From a phage: a stretch of DNA of 28,204 nt. The stretch is from assembly GCA_021454005.1 (NCBI GenBank), contig GCA_021454005.1_3939.2; one strand, written 5' to 3'. The notes under the pieces were generated by a model that saw only the letters and a program-made list of their open reading frames with translations, did no database searches and was not told the DNA's origin. How positions within the stretch are numbered: position 1 is the first letter of the stretch; every line of letters begins with the position of its first letter. The translations under genes and the position numbers were made by a program. Below, piece after piece: positions 8,128 through 16,203 of this stretch.

Positions 8128-8676
8128 TTAAATCAGTGTTTCCAGAACTGTTTTTAGTGATGACTTGGTTGTCTGATAAAAATGAGTAAAGCCATTGTTG
8201 TTATCAAATACCTGCATCATGATATCATCTCCCTTGATTGGGTACACTCGGATATCATAGTGAAAACCATTAAAGACACAAGAACCACTACAGAATGTAC
8301 TAAAGTCAGCCACTGAGATATACTCTTCATGTCCTGTGATTTTTATACAAACACCTTTACTCGGTCTCTTAGGATTGATATCTTGCATCACAGACATACT
8401 CTGTCCACCAAGAGATACCATAGTGACCACTTTACGGTTCTTCTGTCTAAAGTACATCTTAACTTTCTGCAAAGTGTCTTCATAGAATGGATAAGACCTT
8501 TCTACAAAGATTCCTTCAAGTGGCTCTTTACCATTTTCAACTTCTCTGTTATGCCGTACTGCAAAGATAATTTGTTCGAACCAGTCAAGATTTTCTTCGG
8601 AGAGTGCTTCCCGAACATCCTTCCAGTCAAGTACTAAGTAGTTACCTTCAACTTCTTTTAAGTTATCTTTTTCCAT
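8128..8676 (-). CDS. hypothetical protein (182 aa from the internal ATG; the ORF extends to 8751)
   Basis: long minus-strand ORF; ATG 8751 has its GAGG abutting the start codon and overlaps the upstream gene by 62 nt, so Met26 at 8676 is preferred. Confidence 0.5.
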   Translation of the reverse strand: MEKDNLKEVEGNYLVLDWKDVREALSEENLDWFEQIIFAVRHNREVENGKEPLEGIFVERSYPFYEDTLQKVKMYFRQKNRKVVTMVSLGGQSMSVMQDINPKRPSKGVCIKITGHEEYISVADFSTFCSGSCVFNGFHYDIRVYPIKGDDIMMQVFDNNNGFTHFYQTTKSSLKTVLETLI

Positions 8677-8689
8677 ATCTATCACACCA

Positions 8690-9154
8690 TTATCGTAAAA
8701 CTTGATATTCTGGTACTGCGAATTTATTACTATTGTTCTTGATGAGGTCATCCTCTGAAACTAAAAATGTAATACCACATAAGTGTCTGTAACGACTATC
8801 ATACTCGAATATCTTAAACAGATATTTACCATCATGATAAACCTGTTGCACTTCACCTTCTGCAACAATCTCGCCTGTAATAAAATTTTTTAGTTTATAC
8901 ACATTACCAACTTTAGGTACTGTTTTCATCTCAGGCTCTTTTAGTGCTACACCTATTTTTGCATCACCGAGTAAATGAGAACTCTCAAAAGCTACGTGTT
9001 TCATATAAGCTTCTGAGCATTCCCAGATAAAACAATGTACAAGAACCTTAGCAGCATGTCTTGAACAGTTCAACTTATCACAAATTTCTGTGTACATCTC
9101 ATCTTTAGTTGAGTTGTCAAGCATTGCTCTTTGCACTATCTCTTTTACTTTCAT
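8690..9154 (-). CDS. hypothetical protein (154 aa)
   Basis: ORF with GGAGAG 4 nt upstream of ATG on the minus strand. Confidence 0.55.
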   Translation of the reverse strand: MKVKEIVQRAMLDNSTKDEMYTEICDKLNCSRHAAKVLVHCFIWECSEAYMKHVAFESSHLLGDAKIGVALKEPEMKTVPKVGNVYKLKNFITGEIVAEGEVQQVYHDGKYLFKIFEYDSRYRHLCGITFLVSEDDLIKNNSNKFAVPEYQVLR

Positions 9155-9572
9155 AAGCTCTCCGAATAACCCTATTAAACATTTCTAAAGTCAGCTTTCC
9201 AGATTCTAAATGTGGCATGATGAGTTTTAAAGCTTTTTCAACATCATTCACAACATCTATTATACCTTCTGCATAGGCTTCTACAAGGATATCTTTTACG
9301 TTTTGTTGGTTACCTTTTTGTGGTATCACTAGACGCATATCAAAATCATTTGCTTGAGGATGGTCACTGCCACGCCAATAACCCTCTTTGTTAAAGCTGA
9401 TGTAGTTGCCGTGGTAAAAGTGTATACCATTAACTTTAAACTTTTCCAGTACAAGGCATTGAATGGGGTATTCAGTATCCCAATCCCTGACTCCTAGAAC
9501 CTTCACTGTTGCGATATACTTCTGTGTTTTTGCATCTATGATGTCAAGTTCTTGACCAGCTATGATTTGCAT
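9117..9572 (-). CDS. hypothetical protein (151 aa)
   Basis: ORF with AAGGTAG upstream of ATG. Confidence 0.55.
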   Translation of the reverse strand: MQIIAGQELDIIDAKTQKYIATVKVLGVRDWDTEYPIQCLVLEKFKVNGIHFYHGNYISFNKEGYWRGSDHPQANDFDMRLVIPQKGNQQNVKDILVEAYAEGIIDVVNDVEKALKLIMPHLESGKLTLEMFNRVIRRAYESKRDSAKSNA

Positions 9573-9625
9573 ATTCGCTACCTTCTAAGTTTCTACAAAG
9601 GGGCTATCAAGTAACCCCTAAGTTA

Positions 9626-9850
9626 TTACTCAGACTTTTCAGTCTTCTTATCGGATTTCTTACTAGTCTTCTTCTCAGCTTTCTGCTCAGGTTCCTTCTC
9701 AGAAGTTGCCTTGATAACCATATCAAGAAGCTCTGATAAGTCACTCTTCAGCAAAGTAACAGGCTGCTCGTTGTAGAAGTTTTTGTCAAGATAAACTTTG
9801 AACTCTTCTATAGAAGGAAATCCAAAAATTGGTACAGGTGTCTTAATCAT
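9626..9850 (-). CDS. hypothetical lysine-rich protein (74 aa from Met8)
   Basis: GGAG 9 nt upstream of the third in-frame ATG; C-terminal K/E-rich tail. Confidence 0.45.
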   Translation of the reverse strand: MIKTPVPIFGFPSIEEFKVYLDKNFYNEQPVTLLKSDLSELLDMVIKATSEKEPEQKAEKKTSKKSDKKTEKSE

Positions 9851-9925
9851 TTTTAGTTTCTCCATAAGCATCTTTCAAGATTGCCTTGTTAATCATTTCA
9901 GCGATTGCAAAACGAACACATACAG

Positions 9926-10429
9926 CTATAATTGTAGGTTGCATTCTTTACTTACCTCTTCAAGTTTAATCTCAGAGTCCTTAAGTCGTTTCTTATGAAC
10001 TCTGAATCTTATTAGTGAGATGATGATACCAGCTAAAGGAACAGCATACAAGTACCAAACATCATGTACCTTTGCAGTAATCTGTGTGATAGTTAAATCT
10101 TGAGCTATGTAACTGATTGCTGATACGGCTAGTAATGTTGCTAAGAAGAAAACCAGTATCATAGCAATATTCAGACAACCTCTGGCATGGTATTCATGCT
10201 TAATGCACTTATTCTTCTCTTCAACAACCCTGTTGTAGTCGTTTGTAAAGTCTCTGTAGAAAGCTTTTAAGTATTCTTGAGTGTAGCCTTCAAAGCAACC
10301 TGTGCCGTACCAATAATCACCACCAAAGTGTGCTATGATACCGGTATCCCCATTTGGTTTGGTTACTCTCAAAGAGGTGTGATGACGAGTATCCTGATAA
10401 TCTATCTTATATCTTTCTTCGTAAATCAT
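9926..10429 (-). CDS. hypothetical membrane protein (167 aa, two predicted TM helices in the C-terminal half)
   Basis: GAGGG 8 nt upstream of ATG; hydrophobic segments IAMILVFFLATLLAVSAISYI and LYAVPLAGIIISLI. Confidence 0.55.
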   Translation of the reverse strand: MIYEERYKIDYQDTRHHTSLRVTKPNGDTGIIAHFGGDYWYGTGCFEGYTQEYLKAFYRDFTNDYNRVVEEKNKCIKHEYHARGCLNIAMILVFFLATLLAVSAISYIAQDLTITQITAKVHDVWYLYAVPLAGIIISLIRFRVHKKRLKDSEIKLEEVSKECNLQL

Positions 10430-10644
10430 TTTCCAATCCCTCTCAATCGTTTATTCCACTCAAGGTCAACAAGTCTTTGCAGGACTTTCCCTCTAGGTGT
10501 TACACCTTTTAAATCTGCATCGTAGCAACGGTAAAAGTCACCTTCAGCGTGTTTACCATAGCACTTTCTTATATTCTGACTTCTACGATATTGCTCTAAC
10601 AGGGACAGTTTGTAGTAATCTTCAACTGTAGTTAGCTTTTTCAT
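10426..10644 (-). CDS. hypothetical protein (72 aa)
   Basis: GGTGA upstream of ATG; stop overlaps the downstream start. Confidence 0.5.
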   Translation of the reverse strand: MKKLTTVEDYYKLSLLEQYRRSQNIRKCYGKHAEGDFYRCYDADLKGVTPRGKVLQRLVDLEWNKRLRGIGK

Positions 10645-10727
10645 TCTTTCACCATGAATCCTCTTAAGAAACTAAAAAGGGAACTACCTCTCGATAGCTC
10701 CCATCATAGTTAACATTGTATATTTGG

Positions 10728-11309
10728 TCAAGAGTATTTTTTAGGCAGTAATGCGCTACGTTTGTTACTCTCTTCACTCAATAGTGCGATAAATTCGTCG
10801 CCTTTACCTTTCCACGGGCTGAATGAAGGGATATGTTCGCGGATAGCCTCAATCACTGTTTTAAGTGCTGTGTTCTTCATCCACCAATCAGAATCTGCTG
10901 ATGCTACCACGTAGTATCCACCGTCATCAGTTAAAATTGGCTCTGAAATACATGGTGAAATCAAAGTGGTGATGATTGAGCCGTTGTTCATGTAGTATGT
11001 GCGCTTCATAACCTTTTCAAGAAGCTTGTGAAGGTCACCAAACAGTGTTACAAGTTCTTTGTGGTCGATGTCTTTTTCGAGGCTTGCTCGGTACTTCAAT
11101 AGTGCAGCATCAACCTCTCTGTCATTAAACTTGAAATATTGAACTTCATCAACAAGGCAAACACTGATATTGTTGACATTCATAGTCAACTTACAGACTT
11201 TTGCAGGAGAATTGATACTTGGTTGAAAAAGTGCAACACAACCTTCAATGTTCCCAAAATGTTGTACTAGTGTTACTTGTGGGGTAATATTCTGTTGCTC
11301 TTCGGACAT
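10728..11309 (-). CDS. hypothetical protein (193 aa)
   Basis: GAGGA 7 nt upstream of ATG; ATG shares its A with the upstream stop TAA (ATG 11309-11307, TAA 11311-11309). Confidence 0.6.
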   Translation of the reverse strand: MSEEQQNITPQVTLVQHFGNIEGCVALFQPSINSPAKVCKLTMNVNNISVCLVDEVQYFKFNDREVDAALLKYRASLEKDIDHKELVTLFGDLHKLLEKVMKRTYYMNNGSIITTLISPCISEPILTDDGGYYVVASADSDWWMKNTALKTVIEAIREHIPSFSPWKGKGDEFIALLSEESNKRSALLPKKYS

Positions 11310-11653
11310 TATAGTTTCCTCATTAAATACTTTTTAAGTTGTGTGTTAGGTTTCTCAAAAACTTCTATAGAAGATATCTTGACAGATTCACCACGCATAC
11401 CTGTGTGTTTGAATATATAGTACTCTAACATCCCTATATACTTTGCTGGTAAGTCATGTTTGACATACACCGTTACAGAATCTTCAAATTCAACAACCTT
11501 TGTACCATCTTTGTAGTTAAACTCTTTAGGATGGTTGTAGTTGTCGATGTCGTACATTAAAAAGAGTCTTTTCCGTTGCATATCAAGCTTATTTGTTAAA
11601 GACTCTTTGATATCTGAGAAGTTTTTGTACACTGTGACATGGAGCTTACTCAT
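11309..11653 (-). CDS. hypothetical protein (114 aa)
   Basis: ORF, translationally coupled to neighbours. Confidence 0.55.
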   Translation of the reverse strand: MSKLHVTVYKNFSDIKESLTNKLDMQRKRLFLMYDIDNYNHPKEFNYKDGTKVVEFEDSVTVYVKHDLPAKYIGMLEYYIFKHTGMRGESVKISSIEVFEKPNTQLKKYLMRKL

Positions 11654-11939
11654 CGTTAAACTCTCTGACGAAGAAATAGTTGACTTTGTTATTACCTACC
11701 ATAAGGTCAAAGCAGGTATTCTCAAAAGGTTTGTTGTAGGCATCATATGAAACATATGGGTCAGCTACTTGCTTAGTAGTGAGCTTTTTACTTGATGGGT
11801 TTAAGAGGCCACCATACAGTTTCTTGATAGCCTCTTCTACAACAGACCAGATGATTTCGTCAGTAATTTCTTCGTACAGGTCAAGTTCACGCTCTAGTGA
11901 GAAGTCACAAATAGGGAAAATAACCTGTACTTTACTCAT
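11646..11939 (-). CDS. hypothetical protein (97 aa)
   Basis: GGTGA 7 nt upstream of ATG. Confidence 0.55.
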   Translation of the reverse strand: MSKVQVIFPICDFSLERELDLYEEITDEIIWSVVEEAIKKLYGGLLNPSSKKLTTKQVADPYVSYDAYNKPFENTCFDLMVGNNKVNYFFVREFNDE

Positions 11940-12334
11940 TAACGAATCACCTGTGAGACTTGAATTGCTTCAGTTACTGACAAGTCACCTACTTTCTCTT
12001 CTTTGATAAAGGTGAAGGTAAGTTCAACAGGCTCTCGCTCTTCTTGCTCAACTGGAATACCATTAAGCTCATCAAAGATTGATTGGGTTGTCCAATCTTC
12101 ACCACCATCTGGGTAGTGGATTGCGTAAAGTGGAAACTCTAAATTATACCAAGCAAAAACAGGGCAACCATCTGCATCATCTCGACATCTGTGGAGATAT
12201 GTGTTTGTACCTTCAAAATGCAAATGGAGATTACCATTCTTCTCAAATAGAAGAGCATCTTGCAGGTCTAGTTCCTCATTTTCGCTGTAACGGCTGACAT
12301 CAACCTTAACATGGATATGACTGTTATTATTCAT
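11939..12334 (-). CDS. hypothetical protein (131 aa)
   Basis: GAGAGG 6 nt upstream of ATG. Confidence 0.55.
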   Translation of the reverse strand: MNNNSHIHVKVDVSRYSENEELDLQDALLFEKNGNLHLHFEGTNTYLHRCRDDADGCPVFAWYNLEFPLYAIHYPDGGEDWTTQSIFDELNGIPVEQEEREPVELTFTFIKEEKVGDLSVTEAIQVSQVIR

Positions 12335-12725
12335 AAAAACCTCTCTCTGCTTGTTCGATTTTTGCTCTTAAAATTTCGCAATGTTGTAAATGGTAGTTAG
12401 CTTCTTGTTCATGTGTTGCTAACTGCCTTTCCAGAACAGTTTTATAGTAACCTGCAAGTTGCTCTTTTGTCAACGGGTGTTCTGAAATAATATCAAGTCC
12501 ACTTTCGCCAAGAGGGTTGAATTGTCCATGCTCATTGACATTGTAAGTCTCAAACTTGAACAGACCATTGTTCACAGACTCAATAGGCGACAGCTCAACA
12601 AGCTCTACAGTAAACCGTGTATATACCTTGTCACCTCTTGAAACCACATTGCTTCCGACAATGCGTACAAGCGAGCCATTACGAGTGTACTTAAAAGTTC
12701 CAAAGTCACTAGCCCAAAGCTTCAT
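12327..12725 (-). CDS. hypothetical protein (132 aa)
   Basis: AAGGAG 7 nt upstream of ATG. Confidence 0.6.
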   Translation of the reverse strand: MKLWASDFGTFKYTRNGSLVRIVGSNVVSRGDKVYTRFTVELVELSPIESVNNGLFKFETYNVNEHGQFNPLGESGLDIISEHPLTKEQLAGYYKTVLERQLATHEQEANYHLQHCEILRAKIEQAERGFYE

Positions 12726-12740
12726 AGTTTTCTCCTTAGA

Positions 12741-12767
12741 AAATAAAAAAGGCTCCCGAAGGAGCCT
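12741..12767 (-). terminator. terminator-like hairpin (GGCTCC-TTCG-GGAGCC then U-run on the minus strand) directly downstream of the endolysin gene
   Basis: perfect 6-bp stem 12751-12766 with an A10 run on the plus strand at 12741-12750. Confidence 0.55.
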
Positions 12768-12776
12768 ATGAAGATA

Positions 12777-13241
12777 TTACTTTGGATATACACTGTCAAG
12801 ATAAATGTCAGCTTCCATTCTACGTCTGTTTTTCAGGCCGTTTGAAGTGACCTTCTTACCTTTTACTGTAACCTTGTTCCACCACTGCATAGCTTCTGCA
12901 CAACCGACCTTATTACCAGCATTGTGGCGCTTGATAAATGTAGAGTCCTGCATAGCTGTGATACCAATGTTGTATGTTTCACTTACAAGTGCATCAAACT
13001 CATTCTGAGAAGTTGGAACCTTGATGGCTTTGTTCACTGCTGCAACGAACTTTTCAACATCTGCAAGAAGATACTGTTCAGCTTGTTCAGCGGTAATCTT
13101 CATACCCATCTTAACAGGCTTCCCACCAATACGAATTGTCCCATACCCGATTGTAGGGATTCCGGCAGAGTCTTCGTAAGCCTCTAACTTCAGACCTTCA
13201 AAGAACTTAATAGCTTCTAAACCTTTTCTTGAGAGTTGCAT
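12777..13241 (-). CDS. endolysin, glycoside hydrolase family 24 (T4 lysozyme-like muramidase)
   Basis: N-terminal motif EGLKLEAYEDSAGIPTIGYG matches the T4-lysozyme catalytic E...D...T region; GGAGG 5 nt upstream of ATG. Confidence 0.85.
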   Translation of the reverse strand: MQLSRKGLEAIKFFEGLKLEAYEDSAGIPTIGYGTIRIGGKPVKMGMKITAEQAEQYLLADVEKFVAAVNKAIKVPTSQNEFDALVSETYNIGITAMQDSTFIKRHNAGNKVGCAEAMQWWNKVTVKGKKVTSNGLKNRRRMEADIYLDSVYPK

Positions 13242-14125
13242 TATGCCTCCCCTGCTGGGTTAACTGTAACTGTTGCCGCATTAGATGTTACAGAGCCACC
13301 TGCGCCAGTCACTACACAGGTGTAGCTTCCTGCATCAGCAGCGGTTGCACCTTCTTTGGTGTAAGTTGCAGCAGTTGCGTCTGGGATGACTTCCTCACCT
13401 TTCTTCCACTGATAACCTGTCGCACCTGTTGCCACAACATTCAGTGTTAAGGTCTCACCTTCAGTGATTTCTTGATTGGTTGGTTGCTGAGTGATTACCG
13501 GAAGTGCATTCACAGTCACTGTTGCTGCATCTGAGGTAACACTTGTTCCACCCTCTCCAGATACAACACAAGTGTATGAACCAGCGTCAGAAGGTGCTAC
13601 TGACTGTTTTGTGTAAGTTGCAGAATTGGCACTAGGGATGTCCTCACCATCCTTCTTCCACTGATATCCAGTGGCGTTAGTTGCTAGAATGCTTAGAGTA
13701 AGTGTGCCACCCTCATTGACTGTTTGACCTGTTGGTTGCTGAGTAATTGCTGGTGGCTTAATAGCATCCTTCAACTTAGCATTCAACATTGAGAACGGCT
13801 TAACTCTTGCCAGCCATTCACAATAAACTGTATCAACGTCTTTACCATTGATAATTGCATATTGTAAGTCCATAAAGAAGTCAGACGTTCTCATTTGAGC
13901 ACCAACGCTGTAAAGCAACTCATCACTAAATGGAACTTTGTAGTCTGGTTTGTAGTCAAACTTCTTAACTTCTGCAATATCAGCTTCAGGCCAATACGAA
14001 CTATAGGTAAGTGGTAAAATAGCCTCTTGATATGTTCTAAAATCATATCTCTTACCAGCCTTTACGTTCGCAACGAAGCCCTTCACAAACTCTTTGAAGT
14101 CTGGGTAAGTCTTTGCTTTAATCAT
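13241..14125 (-). CDS. protein with N-terminal domain of unknown function plus two tandem Ig-like domains
   Basis: two about 85-aa repeats (ITQQPT.Q...EG.TLTL...ATGYQWKK....IP.A..ATYTK......DAGSYTCVV.G.GG..TS.AATVTVN) with the Ig-like Y.C motif; N-terminal 120 aa paralogous to CDS 14122-14493. Confidence 0.7.
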   Translation of the reverse strand: MIKAKTYPDFKEFVKGFVANVKAGKRYDFRTYQEAILPLTYSSYWPEADIAEVKKFDYKPDYKVPFSDELLYSVGAQMRTSDFFMDLQYAIINGKDVDTVYCEWLARVKPFSMLNAKLKDAIKPPAITQQPTGQTVNEGGTLTLSILATNATGYQWKKDGEDIPSANSATYTKQSVAPSDAGSYTCVVSGEGGTSVTSDAATVTVNALPVITQQPTNQEITEGETLTLNVVATGATGYQWKKGEEVIPDATAATYTKEGATAADAGSYTCVVTGAGGSVTSNAATVTVNPAGEA

Positions 14126-14493
14126 TTCTTTTTAGCCTCTAAATGTGCGTTTAGTCTAAAATAACCTTTGTGATGCGGAGATACATCACCAACAACAATA
14201 CCTTTAACCTTATAGCCTTTACCAATTACATACTGGATATCCATAAGGAATCTTCCAAGTCCAACAATATGGAACATTGGATATAATAGGTTCTCAGAAT
14301 CTGGAATATTGATTTCAGGTTTGTAGGTACGCTGTTCGATTGTTGGTGTAATATCTTCTTCAGGCCATTTGCTGAGTCTCCATGTCAAAGGTGTTGGGAT
14401 AACATCATTAAGGTTGTACCTTTCACCATTTTGCACGGAATTGATATAGGATTGTAGGAAGCAATAAAAGTCTTTTGCACTCTTAGCTTTCAT
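14122..14493 (-). CDS. hypothetical protein (123 aa), paralog of the N-terminal domain of CDS 13241-14125
   Basis: shared motifs MxKAKS..DF, G(E/K)RY, WPE(E/A)DI, YKP(E/D), F(L/F)MD(I/L)QY(V/A)I, LNA(H/K)L. Confidence 0.6.
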   Translation of the reverse strand: MKAKSAKDFYCFLQSYINSVQNGERYNLNDVIPTPLTWRLSKWPEEDITPTIEQRTYKPEINIPDSENLLYPMFHIVGLGRFLMDIQYVIGKGYKVKGIVVGDVSPHHKGYFRLNAHLEAKKK

Positions 14494-14540
14494 TAAGTAT
14501 CCTTATAAATAGTTAAAGGGGCATCAGCCCCTATTCACAC

Positions 14541-15131
14541 TTAAGCTTTGGTCTTAAGTAGGTTCTTAAGTTTTTTAAGATTCATACTCTCATCAAACTT
14601 AAAACCAAATCCATTGACATAATCAATGAACTCGGATTTCTTACTGAGTGACAATGCGTAACTCATATCAAAGTTCTTACTTGTTTCTGCGTCTGGACTA
14701 GAGTTCACATCAAATGAAATTTCCGTAGGCTCTTGCTTACTTTTTCTCATATTATCAACCAACAAACATGTATAGTTTGCTGGATAGAAATTTACACTAC
14801 CATCAACGTAGCTGTACTTATTATTATGGATAAGGTTGGAAAATACCTTAAGGAATGTTTCTGAGTCGTGGCAAACAAGTTTGAATTGGCTGCTCTCTCC
14901 AAGCGCAACTAATGAGTACGGACTTTCACTATCAAAGTCATAATTTTGATTCGATGCCGTTACTGTTACACGCATCAAGTTATTAGCAATAGTCTTCTGT
15001 TTAAAAGAATTTTGAACATAGTGAAGACCTCTATCACACTGATTGACTAGCTCTTTAAGCAGGTCATTTGCATATGGTGAATTAATTGATACAGAGCCAT
15101 CACTATTGTAATTAAAACTTACTGTTAACAT
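14541..15131 (-). CDS. hypothetical protein (196 aa)
   Basis: AGGAG upstream of ATG. Confidence 0.6.
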   Translation of the reverse strand: MLTVSFNYNSDGSVSINSPYANDLLKELVNQCDRGLHYVQNSFKQKTIANNLMRVTVTASNQNYDFDSESPYSLVALGESSQFKLVCHDSETFLKVFSNLIHNNKYSYVDGSVNFYPANYTCLLVDNMRKSKQEPTEISFDVNSSPDAETSKNFDMSYALSLSKKSEFIDYVNGFGFKFDESMNLKKLKNLLKTKA

Positions 15132-15358
15132 TTTTCAGTTCTCCTGCGGTTTATAATTTTGCTGCAATAGAGAAACGAAGTAAACTCACTGGAAGAAACC
15201 ATTAAGTGTTGTTCACTAGATTGAGCCATTGCCCTGAAATACATTCCAGTCAAAGCATCATAGTGACTATTCTTTCCAATTGAGGTTATATAGCCATGAC
15301 TCTTTGCAGTTTGATATAAATCTATAATATCTGCGATTTCTAATTGGGAACTACACAT
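15125..15358 (-). CDS. hypothetical protein (77 aa)
   Basis: GAGGA 8 nt upstream of ATG; overlaps the neighbour by 19 nt. Confidence 0.45.
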   Translation of the reverse strand: MCSSQLEIADIIDLYQTAKSHGYITSIGKNSHYDALTGMYFRAMAQSSEQHLMVSSSEFTSFLYCSKIINRRRTEKC

Positions 15359-15501
15359 AGATAATCCTCTTGTCTTCTGTAATTTTGAAAGAACAGGTAC
15401 AGACCAATTTCAGAGGACGAATAGTAGATTAATTCTACCCTTTTTGATTCCTTACAGTGATTGGTATTCTTACCTTTCTTCGGTTTATTTGATTTTCTCA
15501 T
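15340..15501 (-). CDS. hypothetical small basic protein (53 aa), first gene of the minus-strand operon
   Basis: AAGGAG 6 nt upstream of ATG at 15501; the ORF-track start 15522 lacks an SD. Confidence 0.4.
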   Translation of the reverse strand: MRKSNKPKKGKNTNHCKESKRVELIYYSSSEIGLYLFFQNYRRQEDYLCVVPN

Positions 15502-15676
15502 TAAGTCTCCTTTGTAGAACAAGGCAGACCTACAGCTTTAAGTAAGATGGTACAGTAATCAATACAACAAGTCAAGAACTATTGCAAGTTAAAAAAGTTG
15601 TTGACAAAGTACTTGACAAGGTGTAGGCTTATAAATACTTAGAAGATAACTTAAAAGGTTCCTCTAAAAAGGCTAT

Positions 15677-15697
15677 TTAAACAGATATCTTTCTGGA
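15677..15697. promoter_or_regulatory. palindrome AGATATC-TTTCTG-GATATCT in the divergent promoter region (operator-like)
   Basis: perfect 7-bp inverted repeat between the divergent operons; TTGACA hexamers at 15599 and 15615. Confidence 0.4.
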
Positions 15698-15750
15698 TAT
15701 CTATCTTTTATCTTAAAAGCCTTTTAAGAGGTCTTATAAGAGGCATACCA

Positions 15751-16122
15751 ATGAAAAACAGAACAAACAAAGGCCAGTTTAAAAAAGGCCAGTCTGGAAA
15801 CCCATCTGGAAGACCAAAAGGCTCTCGTAACAAAAGCTCACTTGTAAAAGCTCAACTGACCATTGATAATTCTGCTGAGTTTGCTGCAAAGTTGTTTGAG
15901 GCGGTTGTTACAAGGGATGCTGCTAAGCTTGCAGAGTTCGGTTTGACGACTGACGATGTAAACCTGAAGTCGATGATGGAGGCTGGTAAAACCATCATGA
16001 CTCACTCAGCAGGTGAGATGAAAGCGATTGCAGCAGACACTAAGAAGACCCCTGATAATGGTGGTCAGTCTCAGACAGATAACAAACCAACGTTCTCTGC
16101 TGTAGCGACTCTCAAAAAATAA
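15751..16122 (+). CDS. hypothetical protein with basic N-terminal motif KKGQSGNPSGRPKG (DUF5681-like, from memory)
   Basis: AAGAGG 8 nt upstream of ATG; N-terminus GQFKKGQSGNPSGRPKGSRNK. Confidence 0.6.
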   Translation: MKNRTNKGQFKKGQSGNPSGRPKGSRNKSSLVKAQLTIDNSAEFAAKLFEAVVTRDAAKLAEFGLTTDDVNLKSMMEAGKTIMTHSAGEMKAIAADTKKTPDNGGQSQTDNKPTFSAVATLKK

Positions 16123-16134
16123 TTTTAAAAGGTG

Positions 16135-16164
16135 TTGACAGACTCTACAAAGTTGCTCTAAAGT
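16135..16164 (+). promoter_or_regulatory. promoter TTGACA-N18-TAAAGT overlapped by inverted repeat GACAGACT/AGTCTGTC
   Basis: hexamers at 16135-16140 and 16159-16164; 8-bp inverted repeat arms overlap both hexamers. Confidence 0.5.
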
Positions 16165-16203
16165 CTGTCACATCAACAAACAAATGAGAGAAGAGAGTAA
16201 AAT

